From the NCBI GenBank assembly GCA_040437565.1, contig JBDOQK010000010.1, positions 248,001 to 312,000 of the forward strand: 64,000 bases of DNA, written 5' to 3'. Below, piece by piece: positions 1-11,900 of the stretch (position 1 is the stretch's first letter; each line of letters begins with the position of its first letter). The DNA comes from Albugo candida. Its lineage: Eukaryota. The translations under genes were made by a program, and so were the position numbers. The notes under the pieces were generated by a model that worked only from the letters and a program-made list of their open reading frames with translations, did not search any database and had not been told where the DNA came from.

Positions 1-1
1 A

Positions 2-1021
2 TCGATTGATGGTCTTATTTATCGTCCACTGTCTCCACCATCCACACTTGTGCACCCGGTATTGGAAAATCAAAAGACTTTTGGAGCATCAGGTACAATT
101 AGTAAGATGGAAAGGCAAGCTCGAGAGGATCTCAACTTGCGAGACAATGACGTCAGCCTGGTACACGCGGATGCTTTGCCGGTTCAGCGATCGGTCCCTC
201 CTTCTTATCGCTCTGTCAAATTACATGAGCTTTCTGGTATGACTGTCACGATCGATGACAACACGCTGCGATATCGCTTTGAAAAGCAATCCAAGCAATC
301 ATCAGCCCAGCACTTTGACCAGAATGCAAAACTCGATACTGATAGAGCCTCAAGCAATGACAGCTACGATTTTTGCGTAAATGCACTGATCAGCAATACA
401 TATTTGCTGTATTTGTTCAATCCGCTGAATTTTCGGCCGCTTGATTGGACATACCACGCAACGCTGGAAATTGGCGTCAATGAGAACTTGCAACACATTG
501 TGCTACCGATACAACGTGAAGGCGTTCTTTTGAATTCGAGTTCGTTTGCTCTTCGGGTATTTCTTTCTTATGGAAAAGTGAGGGAATGCTGCCCAGAAAA
601 TCGCACCGACGATCAGGATCAAGGCACTCCGGAGACTGTTACGGGTACACGGGGCGCTGAGAAAAGTGAACCTCTGGAGATATCGATCCATCGACATAAA
701 GAGAATATCGAGTTTCGACTCGATGCAAGGAATAGAATCACTAAAGAATCCAAAAGCATCACAGCGTGTCGATCGACGTTTATCTTTAGCGATTCAGAGG
801 TCTCTCAAACTGATCCGAATGAAGCAACTTTTGACGACACTCACCAGTCGGCAGAGAAAGAGCATGTGGTTGAACGACATCACCATCTTTCCTTTGATGC
901 AATGGTCAGTTATTCCTTTTCAGAACCCAAACACTTGCTGCAATATGTCGAATTTGCGATTGGTTTTGAGTCATTATTACATTTGCTTGGAGTCACCGAT
1001 TTTCTCAAACCGTCGATGTAA
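2..1021 (+). CDS. Hypothetical protein, 5'-truncated by the window edge
   Basis: Frame is open from position 2 to TAA at 1019-1021 (over 330 codons); no recognisable domain. Confidence 0.55.
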   Translation, partial: SIDGLIYRPLSPPSTLVHPVLENQKTFGASGTISKMERQAREDLNLRDNDVSLVHADALPVQRSVPPSYRSVKLHELSGMTVTIDDNTLRYRFEKQSKQSSAQHFDQNAKLDTDRASSNDSYDFCVNALISNTYLLYLFNPLNFRPLDWTYHATLEIGVNENLQHIVLPIQREGVLLNSSSFALRVFLSYGKVRECCPENRTDDQDQGTPETVTGTRGAEKSEPLEISIHRHKENIEFRLDARNRITKESKSITACRSTFIFSDSEVSQTDPNEATFDDTHQSAEKEHVVERHHHLSFDAMVSYSFSEPKHLLQYVEFAIGFESLLHLLGVTDFLKPSM

Positions 1022-3160
1022 TTGCATACAGGCGGTGGAGATACGTCCAGCGTTACCGTCAGAGTCGTCTCTAACATATTGATTACGGTACGATGAAGAC
1101 ACTAAGGCTCTGACCTATTCGACAAATCGGTGATGTCCTCCAAGCAGAGCGATGAAAGAATCGATTCGATACAACCACAAAGCTCTCAAGTCTTCCAATA
1201 GTTTATCCGTCATCCAATTATACCAAATAAGACTTATTTTGAATTATCGATGTGGCAAAATGAAATTCTTTTCGGTATTTATAGGAGAATTCACCTCAGA
1301 GGAGTCTCTTGCATTGCTGGAATAGCTTCCTGTGATATTGATATCGACTGGTGCAAATGCCTCCGGGATCAAATGATCGACATCGGCTAAAATGGAAGCG
1401 ATCGACATATCATATCCGTTCGTCGACATGGATCGAGATCGGTCAATCGCTGACGCTTCCTTCCCTTTATTTAGTGATACATCCTACACGTATGGACTAA
1501 GATCATGCCCCAACTATGTATCACATTCTCACTACCGATGCGCCATTTTGATTATCATGCGGTTGTCGTAGACCACACAATGAAATGGACATACCCATTG
1601 TGGTGTACCGCTACGGGCTATAGTTTTCATCCCATTTAATACCTCGAAAATATGACGATATATATTACGTCGACTGCCATATACCCTTCTGTTCGCATCG
1701 CTCATTATCTATAAAGTATTACGTATCGTACACAATGGGTCTGTATTCAAGCACAAGTATCTAAAGTTGAATGCTTCTGAACGGATGCGTTGATAACACA
1801 GCCAATTATCAACGTATCCGTTCAGAAGCATTCAACTTTAGATACTTGTGCTTGAAATTGGCTGTGTTGAGAATGCGCATCGGTAATGCCAATTGGTACT
1901 GCACGTTTACATATCCAAACGTTTCTTTATGTGGACTACACAAAGACATGGGTTTTCATTCAGCCGACTGAGGAAGACGGTCAGGCGATACGCGTGAAGT
2001 GGCTTATCACTGAGCTACCATACTAGACTGAATACTTATCGATCGAAAACGAGTGTGACTTACTGCATCCAATTGAAAATACAGTATAGATGCTGTCTGC
2101 GTGACAATGGCTCAACTTTTACGACACATAGCGCGAGTTTGCCAAAGCGATAAAAAAAGCGACGCGGAGCAGAATACTGATTTTTGGCGTATGAAAATTA
2201 TTTATGGTCTTTTCCTTCGCCACTGATCCACCGTATACATCCACTATTAAGAGCGTGTCAGATTCTCCAGTCCTTTAACGTAATTACCTTTCCTCAAGTC
2301 CTTTATTGCGCGCTCCCCTTTTTCGTGAGATGTGCGGGTCCGCACTTTTCATAGTTTCCGTTTTGATGCGCTGACTTCAATGGGAATGGCAATGCAAAAG
2401 AAATCCCTTTCGCTGCTTCATGACACTGCCATAGAACTGTCTCTCAATAATAAATGTATAAAGGCTCAATGCCGTTGTGTGTTGTATCTTTCTTCTCTTT
2501 AGCCTGCTAGCAGACGTTATCGAGCGAGAGAGAAGGTCGAGGAATGACAGGAGCGCAACTTCGATGTTATATTTCAACTGTGCAAAATCGAATATCGATT
2601 TGAGTCTTTAGTGCAGAAGGATGCCTAGCTACACTACAATTATCTCCCTTGATATATGACCCTGCATAAAGATTGTAGGACAAACTATCCCAAATTCTTC
2701 AGACGAGACAAACTGCACGAAAATGACCAGTTAAACTAGTAAACTTAACCACCTCGTTTAGTTCGATACTTTGCGTGGCATTTCCGTGCAGCTGTACCAT
2801 ACGACACCACACATAAGGCGTCTCAATAAACGAAAATAAACAAATTCGTCTCCATAAACTCTTCCGCACCTAGTTTAGATACGCCTGATCCATCCACCCG
2901 CAGGTACTAAGTGCGTACTTTTTAGAAGAAGCGCTGGCGCAGGCGGTTGCAAGCGCCCTGTAGCGTTGTTCACTCCATCGACCGCAATATAATTACCAAA
3001 CGAACGCTCTTTTTATCCGCTCACTGCACCATCCATCACTAATCTCCGTATCGATCAGAAAAAGAGGCAAAAATCATTTTCTGTGCATGAGAATTGCGTT
3101 GATCATCACTCTCATCCAAAAAGTTCAATCGCGTCAAAATTCGCCATTTGAAGAATTACC

Positions 3161-6100
3161 ATGGCGCCAACACTTGAAAACAGCTCTCTCGCTCCCTCTC
3201 GTTCGCTTCTCAAGAGCGATTTACTTCGCGAACAACAGGAAGCACACCAACAATTGCTCAACGAAAACTTTAACAAAGCTCTGCGCATCAATTACCTCGA
3301 AGAACGTTTGTTGGAGTACACGAAAGGAGGCGCATTTACCGACGAAGCACTTAGCACTGAAGTGTTTCAACTCCGTCTTGTGGTGTCGGAAAAGGACCAA
3401 CAATTGAAAGAACGCGATGTCGCAATGATACGCGCTTCAGAAACACTCTGCCGTTTGCAGCGCCAATTGAAGAAGAGTGATCAAGAGTGTGCGGAAGCAA
3501 AAGAAAGAGCTAATAGGATGGCCGCATCACAGGGAGACCAAGCAGTGTGGGAGGAAAGGGTGGAAATGATGAGGAAAGAGCTTCAGAATGTCGAAATTCA
3601 TGCGAGTAATTTAGAAGGTCGTGTCAATGAATTGGAACAGGAAGTTCAAATTCGAGAACAGAGAGAGGAAGACATTCACCGTCAATATCAGGTGAAACGG
3701 ATGGAATCGCTACAAGCAGAAGGCCACATGAAGTCANNNNNNNNNNNNNNNNNNNNNNNNNNNNNNNNNNNNNNNNNNNNNNNNNNNNNNNNNNNNNNNN
3801 NNNNNNNNNNNNNNNNNNNNNNNNNNNNNNNNNNNNGAAGTGTTTCAACTCCGTCTTGTGGTGTCGGAAAAGGACCAACAATTGAAAGAACGCGATGTCG
3901 CAATGATACGCGCTTCAGAAACACTCTGCCGTTTGCAGCGCCAATTGAAGAAGAGTGATCAAGAGTGTGCGGAAGCAAAAGAAAGAGCTAATAGGATGGC
4001 CGCATCACAGGGAGACCAAGCAGTGTGGGAGGAAAGGGTGGAAATGATGAGGAAAGAGCTTCAGAATGTCGAAATTCATGCGAGTAATTTAGAAGGTCGT
4101 GTCAATGAATTGGAACAGGAAGTTCAAATTCGAGAACAGAGAGAGGAAGACATTCACCGTCAATATCAGGTGAAACGGATGGAATCGCTACAAGCAGAAG
4201 GCCACATGAAGTCACAATTGGATGACTTGGAACGGCAATATGATAGAACGATACAGGAATTGGAGGATGCACATGTCGACTTACGTGAGAAGGAGAAGAT
4301 AATCCATCAGTTACGGGAGGAATGTGCAGAAGACACGCGAGTTAGAGTAGAGATGGAGCGTGAAGCGGTAACAAAACACTGGGAAGCCAAATTGAAGCCC
4401 CTGCGCAATGAGATTGATAATTTGTCACGGGAAAAGGCAAATTATATGGGCGAAAAGCAGCGAACCATGGCGGAAAATCAACATCATTTAATGCAATCCG
4501 AAAGTGAAAAACAACAAATTCAGGACCAATTTACAAAGCTTCAATATGAATATCAGCGTGTCACAAGAGATCTGGAACAAGCCAAACACCGACTTGGTTC
4601 TCTTGAAAACGCACTGAAACAAGATGGTGAGATTGCAGCGCAATTCGAACATCAACAAGTGCAGTATCAGAACAAGGTTCAGCTTCTCCAAACGGAGATT
4701 GAGAAATTGAAAAACCTTGCATCCGAAAAGGATATGGAACGTGTGGCATTGGAAAGTCGACTGAAAACTGGTGAGATAGAGATCATGCATTTGCGGAACA
4801 AGATTGAGATGGAGGTCGCCTCACGAAATCAGTCTATCGATGAGCAAGTAAATCGGCTGGAAGGCAGGAAGCAGGAACTAGAGTGTGAAAACGTGAATCT
4901 ACGAAAACAGAGCGCACATATTTCAAATGAGCTTGCCCGGGTTGAACAGCGAAGAAAAATGCTCCAGCATCAAGTTGAAGAACAAATGAGCAGCAACAAG
5001 AATTTGAATAGTCGAATCGTCAAACTGGAAAAGGAACTGATGGAAAAGACGACACAAACACAGCAAGTATGGGAAATTTTGCTGTTTTGATTTGACGTTT
5101 GTGAGTGTTACATGTACTCAACTCTGTGTGATTGTTTGTAATCGTAGCTGCAATTACGATTAGAAGAAACTCAAAAAGCAACACATGTGCATCAACAGCG
5201 ACACAACTGGGAAGTCCAGATTAACGAGGAAAAACGAGCGTTGATGATTCAGTTGCAGAAGGAAAAAACACACCACGAAGCATTGAAGGTAGAAGCAGAC
5301 GAGTACAAACGTCACGTAATGCGATGGGAACAGGATTTCAAGACTGCGAAACGTGAATTGATAACACTTGTTGGAGACTCGCTAATGCGTACGGAAGAAG
5401 GAAGAGAAGTTCGGATGAATGACACGACATCTTCAGAATTGTCGCTTTCTTCGTGGCTACGTGCGGCAAATGAGAACGTAGCTAAACTGAAAAGGTTGGT
5501 AGATATGATTTGCTAGTTTACGAGGCTTTACTGATTGTAATATTGTTTGCAGAGAGATGGGTGAGCAAAGTGTCTCGATGCAAACACGCTGGGGTAAACA
5601 AGTCGTTCAGTTCGAGAAAGCATTAACAAAATTAGCTATACAATTGGGGAAAAGCGAAGCCAATGTGGAACAACTTCAACGCTCTTGCCGTGATGGACGC
5701 ACCACAAAAGAAGAGTTGGAACGGCAAAACAGTCTTTGGCGAAGCAAATTCGAGACTGTTTGTGTCCGAGTCCAACAAGAAAACAAACATTTACATGAAG
5801 CCCTCGAGATGGAAAAAAGTCGTGTTGATAAACTCGAATCTGCACTCGAGTTATCGCGACAAGAGCTCCAAAAGCGCGATCTGAACAAAGGAAAAGAAGT
5901 ATCTGCTGTCCGTATCTTGGAGAATGAGTATCACGATCTCAAACTTCAGTACCGCTTACGCACAACTGAATTGAAAGAGCGGCAGCAATCGGCTCAACTT
6001 GCCCGAGAACAGCATCTCGCCGCCGTCCAGGAGAACCGCGATTTACTGAAAGCAATCCAAGTATATCGAGGTACAATTGCCAAACAAGAGCGAGATTTTG

Positions 6101-6825
6101 CACAATACACACAAACGCAATTGGAGCACACAAAGAAACTGACACGACGAAGCTCTCTGGAGGAAGTCAAGGAGACACTCATTTCTCAATTGAAGCAAAC
6201 CCAGTCGATGATTACAATGACGCAGAAGAGATGGCAGAATACGGGCATCTTTGCATCCGATAGCGAACGTATCGGTGTTCGCGCCAAAACGGAAGTATGC
6301 AAACGTCGATTGGAAGCTCTTATGGCTCGATGGAAGGAATGTGGTCATGATATGAACCGGTTATCGCGTCATCACAGTCGTTATATAACGGGAAAAGTGA
6401 ATGCTGTAGGCAAAGCGATCGATACTCAAAGTTGGATGCTTGAAATGAATCACAAATACGAACAAGTATTCTCAAAATCGACGCGACTTTCAGCTGAGAT
6501 CCATTCAGTCTGCTCGCAAATGCTCGCGCTGTACCAAAATGATTCCATTGACAACGCAACATTATCGGAAACGATTGAGTCGGACTTGCTAGCGTCTTCT
6601 AAAAAGACGAAAACGGAGCATCGCAAATTGTTGCATCATCAAAGCACAAAGAGTGAAGGATTATGGGCAAGCAATTCGTCCACGAGAAGCCAGGACTCAT
6701 CGATTTTGTATGAGAATAGTATTGGCAAAGGACGGGATGGCCATGAAGAGCTCCGGTCATTGTCATCGCTAGAACGAATGAGTGAAGAACTACGCGCAAT
6801 CGAAAATAAAATCCAGCGACGATGA
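3161..6825 (+). CDS. Centrosomin N-terminal motif (CM1/gamma-TuNA) long coiled-coil protein, CDK5RAP2/myomegalin/Mto1-like
   Basis: N-terminal LLREQQEAHQQLLNENFNKALRINYLEERL matches CM1 (LREQExxIxxLxxENFxLKLRIYFLEERL); the rest is heptad-rich. Introns 5067-5147 and 5495-5552 (GT..AG) keep the frame. 3359-3736 is repeated after the gap (3837-4214) and should be collapsed. Confidence 0.85.
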
Positions 6826-6911
6826 TACGATGTGTAGCTAAATAGTGTAGACCACATGATACACGAGGTTGTAATTGTATATTGGGAGTTGGAGTGTTGG
6901 TATCGTATAGA

Positions 6912-7660
6912 ATGACGTCGATCGATTATTATCGCTTATTGAAAGTAGCGCGGTAGGTTGTTACATACATCGCTGTTAACTACATCCATATTGCTTCCAT
7001 TTTATTCTCTGTAGTAATGCAACCGCATCTGAAATCAAACAGGCTTACTTTAAATTAGGTACTATAAAATCCGCACACGTTTTCCTTTGGTAAAATTCTC
7101 ACTTTTAGCGTGCAGCCAAAGAACTACATCCTGATTCTACTCGGAACGATCCCGTACTCGTCGCTTATTACCGTCAAATCACCCAGGACTCATATGATCA
7201 CTTATTAGACGAAAGCAGAGCTATTTAAGAGCGTGAATGAGGCGTACGCATCGCTATCTAATGCTTCCACTCGAAGACAATACGATCAACAAGTTGGGAA
7301 TCCTTCCGCGTGGTCAAATTCGATGCATGCGCACACAAACGACGACAACGATTCAAAACCTTTACACGGCATCAATGAGGAAGTATGGTTGTATCATCAT
7401 TACGGTCCGCAGGCGGCAAACGGATGGAGTGGAATGCAAAATGTAGTCAAAGAGAAATTTGAAAAGGAAGACTTTGAACGGTACTACGAGTTTGTACGTT
7501 TAGCAATTGGCTTAGGCATTTGATTAGGAAAAAAAAGCATTACAAATTAGATCCAATGGCTGGCTACTTTTATCGTCGGGAAGCGCGGATTGAAAAATAT
7601 GAGAAAGAAACTGCCAATCAGAAGAAAGATGAAGACGCGCAAGGGTGTCGAATATCCTGA
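6912..7660 (+). CDS. Small J-domain (DnaJ/Hsp40 type III) protein with predicted C-terminal CaaX
   Basis: Spliced reading MTSIDYYRLLKVAR-NATASEIKQAYFKL-AKELHPDSTRNDP-TKAELFKSVNEAYASLSNASTRRQYD contains the HPD motif. Four short GT-AG introns; last intron 7481-7527 gives the end ...AQGCRIS*. Confidence 0.85.
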
Positions 7661-7744
7661 TATGACCAATCACGACTCTATCATCATTCTGAGTGGTATT
7701 GATTAAATTGGTAGTTGAAGCGGTACTTTGACGGTAGAAATACA

Positions 7745-8224
7745 TCAGTTTCCAGACTCCAACGATAAATATATAAAAGATGACAATTCGGACGGTACAG
7801 CTGGAACCCCACATGATTTCATCTGAAGACCGACTCGATCGATTGTGAATCCAGGCCGGAATATCCTCAAGTGGGGGCCAAGTTTTTGATACTCGCGAGT
7901 TTTGAAAGTCTGTGTGCATTTACGTGTCGTATTGCGATAGGTAGGGGTCTTCTTGTCGATCGTACACAAGGAATTATGAACCTGCTGAATGCATTCATTC
8001 TCGTGAACCAGATTCAGGGTATCAGAAGTGTTTCTATCGCCATTGTCTTCGGATAATTGAGTCACAAACTCGTGTGCGTCCAATGTGATTTTCTCTCGTT
8101 TTCTTGAGGTGTGGTCGTTTAAACGATGTAAAGTCGCTGTCTCTGCTAATTCGTAGTTTTTTAAATTCATACACGCTCGTGTTCGCTTCATTTTTTGCAG
8201 CTTCAAAGAGATTGTTTCATGCAA
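7745..8224 (-). CDS. Hypothetical protein
   Basis: ATG-started 159-aa ORF filling the space between the DnaJ and channel genes; no domain recognised. Confidence 0.3.
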   Translation of the reverse strand: MHETISLKLQKMKRTRACMNLKNYELAETATLHRLNDHTSRKREKITLDAHEFVTQLSEDNGDRNTSDTLNLVHENECIQQVHNSLCTIDKKTPTYRNTTRKCTQTFKTREYQKLGPHLRIFRPGFTIDRVGLQMKSCGVPAVPSELSSFIYLSLESGN

Positions 8225-8942
8225 AAGGTTTCTCTACAATGACGCAGGTTCCGAGTCCTTGTCTCATGTACCGAAAAGATTGATGACAGCGATTCAAGTT
8301 CAAGTCGAGAGTGGGATATATGAAACGTCGATGTGATTGCGAATTAAGGAATGCGTGTGCATTCCTCTATAACATGATTGGCTCAGCTAAAAATTGTCAC
8401 CTCTATAGTTGAATGTCTATCGCTAGAAATACTTTTTTTCCGTGACACGAGAGCATGCGTGAATTACAAGGTCGTTGTTTGAGGTTTTATAGAAATGATC
8501 GCGCCTTATATTATAATGTTCAAGTTGATGTTGAGGATGCGTGGGGGAAGGGTTGTAGATATAAGTTCTGTCAGGAAGTCGCAATTCATTTGTCGACGTA
8601 GCGCGTCACGGAATCAGATCTTCACACTCTACATGGATTGGAGCATTTGATAAAACGTCGCACCTAAGAGTCAGTATGCGACGTGCTATTAAGTGTAGAA
8701 TCGTACGTTCGATCGATCAAACGAGATGGGAAAGGCGGATTATCAGTCTTTTGTCAGTTATTGCTAATTTGAGGTATAACCTTTCACTTATCAGAAGCAC
8801 TAACAGTGATACGTCAAGCACGCACATGCAAAGACTCTGCGAAACCTTAACGACTGTCCGAACGCGTGGCCGTTCAAACCGCATTTTGTGTCTATTCTTA
8901 GTACACCATGACCGACCCGCGCAACAGTAACCTGCCTCTGCG

Positions 8943-11900
8943 ATGACCATGAATGATATGAGTGAGTGCGCTCTCGCCATCAGCGCAAAGATTCATCACT
9001 CGGATACCAAAGAAGCATCGATCGAATCAAAATCAACAGAACGCACTCCAGAAAACCTTCTATCCACTTCACAAACATCTCTAAATATGAACAAAATCGA
9101 GCCTAAAACAATTGAAGCAAACGCTTCATTTCGAAAAACTGCTCCACCACTACGAAACTTGCATTCCTTTCTTTTTGCTCAATCCAGTAGAAGCCTTAAT
9201 TTTGCCGGGACTTCCTTGTATATTTTCACCAGACACAATTGTGTACGGCGATGGTGCATCCGTATCGCAACATCTCGACTACTTGACATTATTGTCGTCA
9301 GTGCAATCATTGCAAACTCCGCCATCCTTGGAATCACAGATTACAGTGTCGTGGATCTTCACATGAATCCGACTGTGGTTGGATATAAATTCGAAAATGG
9401 AGTGATGGTCGAGGCTTACTCACAATCCAATTGGATCGTACAAAATTCAGAGCTTCCATTTACCGCTCTATTTACGGTCGAGTGTGCACTCAAAATCGTT
9501 GCAATGGGATTATTTCGTTCAAAAGGAGCCTATTTGAGGGACGGATGGAACGTCCTCGATTTTGTAGTTGTATTAATGAGGTATGTGAGTTCCTCATCCA
9601 CTACTTCACATAGCTTACTATAACCTGGCATTTTATAGTCTCATTGGCATTTTCCCGAGTATTCCAAATGTATCAGCAATTCGGACGATTCGAGTTTTAC
9701 GCCCACTTCGATCGCTCTCAATGATTCCAGGAATGCGAAGATTGATTTCAGCACTTTTAGAAGCACTTCCAGCGCTCGCCAATGTGGTCATTTTACAGCT
9801 TTTTGTCTTCCTTATATTTGGAATCCTCGGAATACAATTATTCGGCGGTCTGATGACGAGTCGATGTCGTTTGACGCCATATCCAATCATGATGCCCGTC
9901 AACCAAGACGGTGTTTTCATTTGGCCCGTTCCTCCTGATTACCTCGCAAACGCTATTGCCGATCCACTCAAATATCAATGTTTACAGGAACCCCTCTTGA
10001 GTCATGAGGATCGCACTACACGATTTTTTACTAAAGAAACCTCACCATGGAGATATCCTCGAGATTGTTTTTGGCCAATCAATACAACCGATGAAGCCTT
10101 GTGCACATTTTCCACCGAGTCTGGAGTCCATCGATGCACTCTCGGGAATGTTTGTGGCTCCAACTATGACACATTCGGTAATCCTCGTTTCAAAAATCAA
10201 AAAGTGATGCAAAAAGCTGTGTATAGCACCGCATTCGACTATGGGTACACGACTTTTGATAATATTGGCAAAGCCTTTTTCACAATTTTTCAAGCAATTA
10301 CTCAGGAAGGATGGACAGTTATCATGTACATGACCATGGATACCTCTCAGCCGGTGTTAGCGTCGCTGTTTTTTGTGATACTGATGATATTCGCGAGCTT
10401 TTTTCTGATGAATTTGACACTTGCGGTCATTTCAGATGAGTTCAACTTGGACGATCAAAAGCGTCAAATGGCTGTTCCCTCACAAGGGTCACGTCGATCC
10501 TCACGACTTGAATTCTCAACTTCTTTTTCATTTCTTCCATCAAAGTCGACCAATCGACCCAATCCCTCGCATACCTCTCCTCAACCCACTCAACGCAATA
10601 GACTGAGGAGATACTATCACTCAATTAGGAAATTCGCGCACATTCTTGTCTCTCATCAAGCATTCTCTGGTGTGATTATGCTCGTCATCATGGCAAATAC
10701 AACGGTTTTGGCGCTGGATCATTACCCGATGCCGCCAACGTTGAGCTCTAATTTGGAAGTAATCAATTTCGGGCTGTCATGTGTATTTGTGGTGGAAATG
10801 GTCCTCAAGATATTTGGTCTAGGTTTTTGTATGTACGCACGTGATCGATTCAATCTTTTTGACGCTTTTATTGTGGCAATGAGTATGTTGGAACTCATCA
10901 TTTCACCTCCCTCTTTTCTATCAAAAAACAGACCGTCGAGAGGCAGTGTCTCAGCTTTACGAACATTTCGATTATTTCGTGTGTTTAAATTGGCACGCAA
11001 TTGGAAATCATTGCGGGAATTATTGGCTCTTATCATACGCGCAGTCGCAGGGATCGCTAATTTCGCAGTTCTTCTCTTTCTTTTCATTTACATTTACGCG
11101 CTTGTGGGCATTCAGGTACGTGAATCCTCGCACGAAATGCCTATGACTCAAGTGATACTGGCGAGTTATTAGTTTTATGCGAATACGATGCGATTCGATG
11201 CGGATGCGTACGCTGTGAGTGCTGCACACGGAACCGATTTGGTGTTTTGGAACGCACAGGTACGTCAACTATACGTTTGTATATACGTTTTTTGCTGAGA
11301 TGGGGCTCTAGTTACCCCGTAGTAATTTTGACAGTTTATTGTGGGCGTTTGTGACCGTCTTTCAAGTTATTACTGGTGAAAATTGGAACAATGTGATGTA
11401 TGATGCTATTCGAGCAAACGGATTTTCTGCGTCAATTTATTTTATTTCATTGGTAATTCTCGGAAACTTTATTCTGATGAATTTATTTCTGGCTCTGCTA
11501 TTGGATAATTTTGCGGGCAAAGGCGGGCGCGATACGGAAGAGAGACAGCGAGATTTACAGAATCTTGCAAAACGTTTGGGACCGTCCAAAGTGGCACCAG
11601 AACACACAGATTTGACTCATGAGAATCGTAGCGGAACAGAATCTCCAGAAGGTCAGCCAGCGACGAATGGGAACACATCGCATGGTCAACACGTTGCTCG
11701 ACACAGTCTGGTGCCTGTCGATGATATGGCGATGCCTATCGATCTGGAAAAGCTCAAGCCGCTGGAGAAAAACCATACAGTCGAAATAAAAAAGCGTGTG
11801 GATCGTTTTCACCTCAAGAAGCTCAGTGCATCAATCCAGGCTCTCGATGAGCCGAAAAATCTGCCTTCGTCAGATGTTGACGATCCACGCGACTTATTCG

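Noticed and set aside
3837-4214. Internal tandem repeat in the coiled-coil gene
   Set aside because: Identical copy directly across a 100-N gap and out of frame; assembly overlap.
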